In this document: positions 18,768 to 25,786 of the stretch, piece after piece | Position numbering within the stretch: the first letter of the stretch is position 1 | Layout of the letters: each line of letters begins with the position of its first letter | Source: Burkholderiales bacterium | GTDB taxonomy: Bacteria; Patescibacteriota; Minisyncoccia; Phycocordibacterales; UBA9973 | NCBI GenBank assembly: GCA_023701005.1 | Contig: JAMPXW010000004.1 | Span: 1 to 63,952 of the forward strand | Reading direction: 5' to 3' | Length of the DNA: 63,952 nucleotides | Translations under genes and position numbers: made by a program | The notes under the pieces: model-generated | Seen by the model: the letters and a program-made list of their open reading frames with translations, nothing else | What the model was told of the DNA's origin: nothing | Database searches by the model: none

Positions 18768-19295
18768 TTAGTTATTTTTTAAATGGGTTATTTTTTCTCT
18801 GTCCCAATACTCTACTTTTTTTTGATTTATGTCAATAAAATAGAATTCCCCACACCATAGACCTTTAACAGGAAGTGATATTTGTTCTTCTGGTAAATAT
18901 TTTTTGCATAAGAATTCTAACAAATCCTTTGTCCCTATAATAGAAGAGGGGACTATTATGGTTGTTTCTTTGTCAGCTTGTTCAATGTCAACTTTCTCAA
19001 TTATTTCAAAAATGTTTAGGAATTTTTTTTGAATATTTTCTATGGGTTCATTCCACATTAGTTCTCCAAATGAGAGAGCTTTTGTGTCTTTTTTGAATAT
19101 GCTTGCTATGTTGTCTCCAGTTTCGACGGTATAATGATACGGTGCGGTCATAATAAAAGGAGAAATATCAGAATAATTTTCTAATATTTTTTTTAGCTTG
19201 TCTACTAATTGATCAGTTTTCCACTTTCCATTTAGGTTTAATTTGTAACTACCTTCATCATGGTCTCCATGACCAACAATTATTAATTTTTTCAC
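18768..19295 (-). CDS. Hypothetical protein (weak histidine-phosphatase/SixA-like N-terminal motif)
   Basis: GTG start with an AAGGA RBS. The N-terminus KLIIVGHGDHD resembles the RHG motif region but has G in place of R. It is co-directional with the receiver gene. Confidence 0.5.
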   Translation of the reverse strand: MKKLIIVGHGDHDEGSYKLNLNGKWKTDQLVDKLKKILENYSDISPFIMTAPYHYTVETGDNIASIFKKDTKALSFGELMWNEPIENIQKKFLNIFEIIEKVDIEQADKETTIIVPSSIIGTKDLLEFLCKKYLPEEQISLPVKGLWCGEFYFIDINQKKVEYWDREKITHLKNN

Positions 19296-19437
19296 GATAT
19301 TTTCCTTATTTTGTTTTCGATGTATTTTTCTTTAGATTACAACAAAATAGAAAAAAAGCAAGGGGTTTTCTCATACACCTGGTGTCCGGGGAAAGGGGTG
19401 TGTTATTATAAAAATATGATAAAGTATTAATAATATT

Positions 19438-19508
19438 GCGGGGTTAGTTTAGTGGTAAAATGAGTGCTTCCCAAGCATTAGACACGAGTTCGATTCTCGT
19501 ATCCCGCA
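19438..19508 (+). tRNA. tRNA-Gly(CCC)
   Basis: Cloverleaf: acceptor GCGGGGT/ATCCCGC, anticodon loop TTCCCAA, T arm ACGAG-TTCGATT-CTCGT. CCA is not encoded. Confidence 0.85.
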
Positions 19509-19536
19509 CAGATATTAAAAATTAGGCAAAAAGAAA

Positions 19537-19558
19537 CCGCTCAAAATTAATTGAGCGG
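19537..19558. terminator. Bidirectional intrinsic terminator
   Basis: CCGCTCAA-aattaa-TTGAGCGG with T-runs on both strands. Confidence 0.75.
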
Positions 19559-19571
19559 CGTTTTAAATTGT

Positions 19572-21266
19572 TTACTTTGTTAAGATCATTTTTTTTGATT
19601 GTGTAAATGATCCTGTGGAAATTTTATATATATACATTCCACTAGCCAATCCGGTTGCATCAAATTTTGCTTGATATAAACCAGCAGCTTTTTCTTCTTT
19701 AACCAACTCAGCAATTTCTCTACCGATTATGTCGTACACTTTTAGTGTAACGAATCCGGCTGTAGGAAGGGAATAGTTGATTGTAGTACTAGGATTAAAT
19801 GGATTCGGATAATTTTGTTCCAATTTGAAATCTGTTGGAGTTGCCGTTTCTTCTTCGACAGCAGTAGTTACCACAGGAGAGACGATTATTTGTCTTCCTT
19901 CGTTTACCATTCCAGAGAATTCAGTTGGAGTTTTGGCAGTGAAGATTGGATCTTTTAAGGAAGGATTAATATTAACAGAATAAGCATTATTACCTATTTG
20001 TTTAAACATTCCATTATGTCCAGATAATTTTGTATTATCTTTTAGGAAAAAATCACCATTGGTCACTTTCTCACTAGCAAAAGCTCCGTATTGTCCATTT
20101 GGCAATTTTTTCCAATTTACCGTTATCGGGTCTTTTGGTATTATCTTGCCAACAGCACCATTGTTATAACCAAATATGGGCCATTCATTCATGCTTGATT
20201 GATTCATAAGATATCTTAAAAATAAGATGACATCCCATGTTAATATTTTACCATCACCGGTCAAATCAGCTTTGACTAATGATGTATCATTAGATGGTGT
20301 TGTTCCCACAAGATCAAACATTGGACGAGCATCATTGATGTCTCTTTTTCCATCTTTTTTAAGATTACCATATTCTGTTCTTGCTAGTTCAATTATTTTA
20401 AATGGAGATATGTTCTTTTGCCAATGATTAGTTCCATCGAATAGGTCGATGTTAGATGAAAACATATTATTCTTTGTATTGTTTGAAACAAATATTAAGA
20501 ATGTTCCTAAATTTATTCCATTGTAAAAAGAAGTTGGTTCACCTACAGCAGCGAAATTTAATTCATTACCATTATAACTAGCAGATGGATATATCCAATT
20601 TGAATAATAAAATATTTTACCTGGCCAAAAGTCAAATGGCATCAAGTGATTTTCCATGTAAGTTATTTTTAATTGGGCGCGATCTAATATTCCATATCCG
20701 ATAATGTTAATTTGAGTTTCTGCATAAGTTTCAGCTCCGACAGGTCTTCCTGATATTTCAATTTTAGGAAGTTCTGATACTAACGCTATGAAAGGCGATG
20801 GAGTAGTATAAATACTCATGCTTTTACCCATAGAGCCTTCGGTGTAAGATATTTCATTTAATTGAATTTGAGCTGTTGAACCAGATGAATATCCGCCAGG
20901 AATACCAATTCCTGCATAAGAAAGATGTACTTCAAAATTAGATTTGGTATTAGCCGGAATATTGATGTTTAATCCACCAAAATGTACGACATTGCCGACA
21001 TCTTTTGAGGCTAATACAAGCGATCCTTGTTGCAACTTCATGCTTGTTATTGGTCCATAAACTTGAATTTCTAGATCTGTTACCGTTATGTTGGTATTGT
21101 AGCTTATATCATATACTACCTTACCTCCGTCAGATAAACCATTATTGCCGACTACAATGTTTTGTGTTTGTGTAGTTAGATCTTTGTTTAATGTGACAGT
21201 TGGTTGAGCAAAAGTGCTCAATGTGCAGATAACTAAAATTAATACAGCGGTGAATAGCTTTTTCAT
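19572..21266 (-). CDS. Secreted protein with dockerin-like Ca-binding repeat and T9SS-type (Por_Secre_tail-like) C-terminal sorting domain
   Basis: Signal peptide MKKLFTAVLILVICTLSTFAQP. DLTGDGKILTWDV repeat. C-terminus LEQNYPNPFNPSTTINYSLP..VTLKVYDIIGREI..SGMYIYKI. AGGAGA RBS. Confidence 0.8.
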   Translation of the reverse strand: MKKLFTAVLILVICTLSTFAQPTVTLNKDLTTQTQNIVVGNNGLSDGGKVVYDISYNTNITVTDLEIQVYGPITSMKLQQGSLVLASKDVGNVVHFGGLNINIPANTKSNFEVHLSYAGIGIPGGYSSGSTAQIQLNEISYTEGSMGKSMSIYTTPSPFIALVSELPKIEISGRPVGAETYAETQINIIGYGILDRAQLKITYMENHLMPFDFWPGKIFYYSNWIYPSASYNGNELNFAAVGEPTSFYNGINLGTFLIFVSNNTKNNMFSSNIDLFDGTNHWQKNISPFKIIELARTEYGNLKKDGKRDINDARPMFDLVGTTPSNDTSLVKADLTGDGKILTWDVILFLRYLMNQSSMNEWPIFGYNNGAVGKIIPKDPITVNWKKLPNGQYGAFASEKVTNGDFFLKDNTKLSGHNGMFKQIGNNAYSVNINPSLKDPIFTAKTPTEFSGMVNEGRQIIVSPVVTTAVEEETATPTDFKLEQNYPNPFNPSTTINYSLPTAGFVTLKVYDIIGREIAELVKEEKAAGLYQAKFDATGLASGMYIYKISTGSFTQSKKMILTK

Positions 21267-21470
21267 TTTTGATTCTCCTGGTTGGTTTGTGATTGTTTAT
21301 TTAGTGAGATATTCCCACTAATTTAAGGGCGAAAAGGGGATTCGTCCACAAATTAGCGAGAATATTTCAATTTTTTTCAACGTACTTTTATGCCACATAT
21401 ATTAGCATTTTTAAGACAAAATGTCAAGGTTAGGGGATTATGTCATATGATATAATAAATATATTAAAAG

Positions 21471-21514
21471 TAATCCCGACATTATTCGGGGCCACCCGGT
21501 AAAAGTCGGGATTA
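21471..21514 (+). promoter_or_regulatory. GC-rich two-tier hairpin in the 5' leader of the glutaredoxin-like gene
   Basis: Perfect 10-bp arms TAATCCCGAC/GTCGGGATTA enclose CGGG-gcca-CCCG. It ends 9 nt before the ATG, and a TATAAT lies at 21451-21456 upstream. Confidence 0.5.
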
Positions 21515-21523
21515 TAAAAACAT

Positions 21524-21760
21524 ATGAAAAATGTAACTATTTATTCAACACCAACTTGCCACTTTTGCCACCTAGCAAAAGATTTTTTTAAGGCGAATGA
21601 CATAGCTTATGCAGAATATGATGTAGCTTCAGATATAGAAAAAAGAAAAGAAATGATGGATAAAAGTGGTCAGATGGGTGTGCCTGTCATCGTTATTGGT
21701 GATGAGATGATAGTGGGTTTTGATAAGCCTGTAGTAGCTAAGGCTTTAGGACTTATCTAG
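21524..21760 (+). CDS. Glutaredoxin-like protein (YruB/NrdH-like)
   Basis: 78 aa, CHFC active site at the N-terminus of a thioredoxin fold, GVPVIVIG. Confidence 0.85.
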   Translation: MKNVTIYSTPTCHFCHLAKDFFKANDIAYAEYDVASDIEKRKEMMDKSGQMGVPVIVIGDEMIVGFDKPVVAKALGLI

Positions 21761-21773
21761 ATTTTTTGTATTG

Positions 21774-21845
21774 TGTCCTCGCCGGGAGTCGAACCTGGAT
21801 CAGCTCGTTAGGAGTGAGCCGTTCTATCCATTGAACTACGAGGAC
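21774..21845 (-). tRNA. tRNA-Arg(CCU), with two A-C mismatches
   Basis: Acceptor GTCCTCG/CGAGGAC, anticodon loop CTCCTAA, T loop TTCGACT. A-C mismatches at 31-39 and 51-63. Confidence 0.65.
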
Positions 21846-21921
21846 TTTAATTAAGAACTCTTATAATTTAACACAAAAAGTCAGTTTTGGAAAATTGGCT
21901 TTTTTGTTTAGCTATGATAAA

Positions 21922-22209
21922 ATGACTTTTATGGATCCTGAAACAAAAGAATTGTTAAAAACTAATCTTGTTTTAGCTGAAGAAAATAACAAATTACTTC
22001 ATCAAATAAGGGGGGTTCAAAAGAGGGAGACATTATGGCAGATAGCAAAGATTTCTGTGATAGTACTTATTGCCTTGGGATCTTTTTATTATATAGAGCC
22101 TTATTTAAATAAAGTGATGGATTTATATACTTCTGTAACAGGGATAGAACAAGATGTAAAAAGTGCTGTTTCTGGTGAATCTTTGAAGGATTTGTTGAAG
22201 AAATTTTAA
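21922..22209 (+). CDS. Hypothetical membrane protein
   Basis: First ATG within the track ORF 21895..22209. One TM helix (ISVIVLIALGSFYYI). Confidence 0.5.
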   Translation: MTFMDPETKELLKTNLVLAEENNKLLHQIRGVQKRETLWQIAKISVIVLIALGSFYYIEPYLNKVMDLYTSVTGIEQDVKSAVSGESLKDLLKKF

Positions 22210-22257
22210 AATTATTGCAAAAATAATAATTTTTAGTAATATATATGTATAGATAAT

Positions 22258-22330
22258 GCTGGGATAGCTCAGTCAGTAGAGCATTCGCCTGAAGAGCGAA
22301 GGGTCGGCAGTGCGATCCTGCCTCCCAGCA
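22258..22330 (+). tRNA. tRNA-Phe(GAA) with a non-canonical T loop
   Basis: Acceptor GCTGGGA/TCCCAGC, anticodon loop CTGAAGA, T arm GGCAG-TGCGATC-CTGCC. Confidence 0.8.
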
Positions 22331-22337
22331 CAAAAAA

Positions 22338-22365
22338 ACAAGCTCCGAGACATCTCGGAGCTTGT
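22338..22365. terminator. Bidirectional intrinsic terminator
   Basis: 11-bp stem ACAAGCTCCGA/TCGGAGCTTGT flanked by an A-run and a T-run. Confidence 0.85.
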
Positions 22366-22375
22366 TTTGTGTTTT

Positions 22376-22849
22376 TTAGATAGATTTTACTTTTATAGTA
22401 TTTTTCTTTTCTTTGTCTACTTTTTGTATTTTGATAGTCAAAAGTCCGTGTTTTTCTGTAGCTTCAACTTCTTCGGGTTCCACTTCTTGAGGTAATAAAA
22501 TTGTTCTAGAGAATTTACCCCAATAGAGTTCTTTTATAAAATAATTTTCTTCATCAATATTTCTATTTTCTTCTCTTTTGCCTTTTATAGTTATCATGTC
22601 ACGAGCGATAGTCAGATCTAGGTCTTCTGGTTTTACTCCGGCCACCATTGTTTGCACTATTATATCTGTAGAAGTTTGGTATACATCTACAGTCAATTCC
22701 ATTTCTTCATTTTCTTCTTCCATCCAACCATTTCCATTTTTCTTTCCATTATCTTTTCCTGAGATGTCTTTTATTTCTTCTTCGTCATCATTTACACTTC
22801 CGGTTAATCTATCAAAGAAACTTCTTTTTTTATTATTTTGCATATTCAT
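22376..22849 (-). CDS. Hsp20/alpha-crystallin small heat-shock protein
   Basis: The alpha-crystallin core ..VDVYQT..IVQTMVAGVKPEDLDLTI..FSRTILLP..GLLTIKI. Confidence 0.9.
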   Translation of the reverse strand: MNMQNNKKRSFFDRLTGSVNDDEEEIKDISGKDNGKKNGNGWMEEENEEMELTVDVYQTSTDIIVQTMVAGVKPEDLDLTIARDMITIKGKREENRNIDEENYFIKELYWGKFSRTILLPQEVEPEEVEATEKHGLLTIKIQKVDKEKKNTIKVKSI

Positions 22850-22870
22850 ATAAATTATTTGCTAATTATA

Positions 22871-23563
22871 TTAATTTGTAACGCTCATTCTTCTTAGTTT
22901 TTCAAAAAGTAGCATGACTATTGTTGTGACTACCCAAAGAAAACCCAAGACTCTAAAAAAATTATTACCACTATCTTCCATTATAAAAAAATTAAAGGTA
23001 CTATGCAAGGCAATAGCGAGGAATATACCTATAAAAAGATATATTTTTTTTATAAATTTACTCATAAAGAAAGACAAACCTAAAGCTATCCCTATTATTC
23101 CGCTAGACATAGCATGTAAAAGGGTAGAACCCAAGAATCTGAGTTGTCCTGTTAAGAGACTCACTGTCGTTTGTTCTAATGTCAATGGTTTTAATAAAAA
23201 CATAGTATTTTCTATTGCCGCGAATCCTAAAGCTGAAGTTATTAAAAATATAGGCCAGTCTATGGGTTCGTCTATTTTGTTTGTTTTATATAAAAGAATA
23301 ACAACAGCCAAATATTTAAAAATTTCTTCTACACTAGCCCAGGATATGACTTGCCATTCATGTATGCCTATGATATTTTTAATAAATTTTTGTACAGGTA
23401 TTACAAAAACAATAGATATCATACCCATGATAAATATAGTAGTTATTAATCCTTTGGGTTCTGGTTTTTGATTGTCTTCTTTTAACCAAAACCAAAGCCA
23501 AAGTAGGGCGGGAGCAAATCCACCCAGAATAGCAAGACTCAATATTTTGGGATCGCTAGTCAT
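22871..23563 (-). CDS. PrsW-family intramembrane protease
   Basis: Polytopic protein with EEIFKY, HAMSSGIIG and HSTFNF motifs. Confidence 0.7.
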   Translation of the reverse strand: MTSDPKILSLAILGGFAPALLWLWFWLKEDNQKPEPKGLITTIFIMGMISIVFVIPVQKFIKNIIGIHEWQVISWASVEEIFKYLAVVILLYKTNKIDEPIDWPIFLITSALGFAAIENTMFLLKPLTLEQTTVSLLTGQLRFLGSTLLHAMSSGIIGIALGLSFFMSKFIKKIYLFIGIFLAIALHSTFNFFIMEDSGNNFFRVLGFLWVVTTIVMLLFEKLRRMSVTN

Positions 23564-25754
23564 TGATGTTGTCTTTATCTATGCTTAAGGGCCAAGGTTC
23601 AACCATTAATAATTGTTTGTTTGAAGTAGGAACAAGTGACCATATTTCTTCTGTCACAAAAGGCATAAATGGATGCAATGCTTTCAATAAAGTAGTGAGT
23701 TGTGTATATAAAATAGTTTTAGCTGACTCTGTATTCTTGTTTTCTAATATTTTCTTTTTTGATCTTTCAATTATTATATCTGCGAAAGTGTGCCAAAAAT
23801 AATGATATAATTTTTCTGCTACGATAGAATATCTAAATTCATTCATTTCTTTCGAAACTTCTTTTATTAAATTATCCAATTCTTCTTTGCTTGTTTTGTC
23901 TTCTTCGTCTAATTCTGGAAGATTATTTATATCTAAATCTTTTGTTTGTTCTAATACAAACCTAGAAGCGTTCCATATTTTGTTTGCAAATTTACCATAG
24001 CCACGGATATCATTTTCATTTAATTTTAAGTCATTACCAGGAGTATTTCCTATGATCATGGCTAACCTTAATGCATCGTTACCATACTTCACTATTATAT
24101 CTAGTGGATCTATGGCTTTATCGCCAAGAGACTTAGACATTTTTTTACCATCAGCCGTTCTTATCATTCCATGCAAATATACAGTTTTGAAAGGAATTTC
24201 TTCCAATAAATATTGAGACATTAAAATCATACGCGCTATCCAAAAGAACAAAATATCATGTCCAGTCTCTAATATGTTGGTGGGGTGATATTTTTGTAAA
24301 TCTTTTGTTTTTTCTGGCCAACCTAATGTAGAAAATGTCCAAAGCCCAGAAGAGAACCATGTGTCTAAGGTATCTTCATCTTGTGTCCAGCCATCTTCTT
24401 TAGGAGGATTTATATCACAATAAATTTGGTCTCCTTTATACCAAACGGGGATTCTGTGTCCATACCATATTTGACGAGAGATACACCAATCTCTAAGATT
24501 GTTAATCCAATTAAAATAAACTTTTTCAAAATGACTTGGCAGGATTTTTATTTTTTCATCATTTACTGGCTCCAGCATTAGTTCTTTTAAACTTTTGCCT
24601 GCCTGTCTGGTAGGCAGGTTGTTTCTAGAGGGTATTTTTTTATTTACATCGATAAACCATTGAAGCATTATTTGTGGTTCTATCATTCCTCCTGTTCTTT
24701 CTGCTGTTGCTACTCTATTTACATAATTTTCATCAACAGAAATTAAAAGACCTTTTGATTTTAATTTGTCGACAATTTTTTCTCTTGCCTCATTTATTTT
24801 CATGCCAGCGAATTCTTGTGCAATAGGGAGGAGTTTACCGTATTTGTCTATTATTTGTTCTTTGTCTAATTTGTATTTTTCTGCTAGGGCAAAGTCTTCA
24901 TGAGAATGCCAAGGAGTTATCGTCATTACTCCGGTACCAAATTCCATGTCTATCACTTCGTCTTTTATGATTGTCGCTTCTATTGGGCCATTTATCCATT
25001 CTAGCGTTATCTTTTGGCCGTGTTGCCAATCTTTATATCTTTTATCCTCAGGATGCATTACTACGTATTTATCACCAAATTTTGTCTCTGGTCTTGCTGT
25101 GGCTATTTCAAAAGGACCATATTTGAAAGTATAAAATTTGCCCTTTTTTTCTTCGTAAATTGTTTCATCATCGGAGATAACTGTTTGGCCTTTTGGATCC
25201 CAATTTACTATTCTGTGTCCGCGATAAATCAAACCGTCGTCATACATTTTTTTAAATGCAGTTCGCACAGCTAAATTCCTTTTTTCATCTAAGGTGAAAG
25301 CTTCACGAGACCAGTCGAGAGAAGCACCCATTTTTTTGCATTGATTTACTATTGTGTCATGAGAGTCTTGTGCGAATTTTTCTACTCTTTTTAGAAATTC
25401 TTCGCGACCTAAATCATTTTTGCGAATACCTTCTTTTTCTAAAAGTTTTTCTACTTTTGATTGTGTTGCTATTGCGGCATGATCTGTTCCAGGTAGCCAT
25501 AATGTATTTTTACCTTGCATTCTAGCATGACGAATCATGATGTCTTGTATCACCAACATCAGAGCGTGTCCTGTGTGTAGATTGCCTGTGACATTGGGTG
25601 GGGGAAGCACAATAGAAAAAGGTTCTGCATCAGGTTTGGTAATACCTTTTTCTATACAAATGTCAGGATTAAAAAAACCACTTTCTTCCCAAAGTTTGTA
25701 TATTTTTTCTTCAGTTGTTTTTGGGTCATATGGCTTTAGCAGTTTCTCGTCCAT
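23556..25754 (-). CDS. valS: Valine--tRNA ligase (compact form)
   Basis: HIGH-type motif PNVTGNLHTGHAL and KMSKS motif. 732 aa. Confidence 0.93.
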   Translation of the reverse strand: MDEKLLKPYDPKTTEEKIYKLWEESGFFNPDICIEKGITKPDAEPFSIVLPPPNVTGNLHTGHALMLVIQDIMIRHARMQGKNTLWLPGTDHAAIATQSKVEKLLEKEGIRKNDLGREEFLKRVEKFAQDSHDTIVNQCKKMGASLDWSREAFTLDEKRNLAVRTAFKKMYDDGLIYRGHRIVNWDPKGQTVISDDETIYEEKKGKFYTFKYGPFEIATARPETKFGDKYVVMHPEDKRYKDWQHGQKITLEWINGPIEATIIKDEVIDMEFGTGVMTITPWHSHEDFALAEKYKLDKEQIIDKYGKLLPIAQEFAGMKINEAREKIVDKLKSKGLLISVDENYVNRVATAERTGGMIEPQIMLQWFIDVNKKIPSRNNLPTRQAGKSLKELMLEPVNDEKIKILPSHFEKVYFNWINNLRDWCISRQIWYGHRIPVWYKGDQIYCDINPPKEDGWTQDEDTLDTWFSSGLWTFSTLGWPEKTKDLQKYHPTNILETGHDILFFWIARMILMSQYLLEEIPFKTVYLHGMIRTADGKKMSKSLGDKAIDPLDIIVKYGNDALRLAMIIGNTPGNDLKLNENDIRGYGKFANKIWNASRFVLEQTKDLDINNLPELDEEDKTSKEELDNLIKEVSKEMNEFRYSIVAEKLYHYFWHTFADIIIERSKKKILENKNTESAKTILYTQLTTLLKALHPFMPFVTEEIWSLVPTSNKQLLMVEPWPLSIDKDNIND

Positions 25755-25786
25755 ATTTAAATAATATCATAATATTATTGTATTTT

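Noticed and set aside
22067-22495. ORFs overlapping tRNA-Phe (22067..22333(-), 22310..22495(+)) and tRNA-Ser (30073..30303(-), 30126..30347(+)).
   Set aside because: They read through well-formed tRNA genes and terminators.
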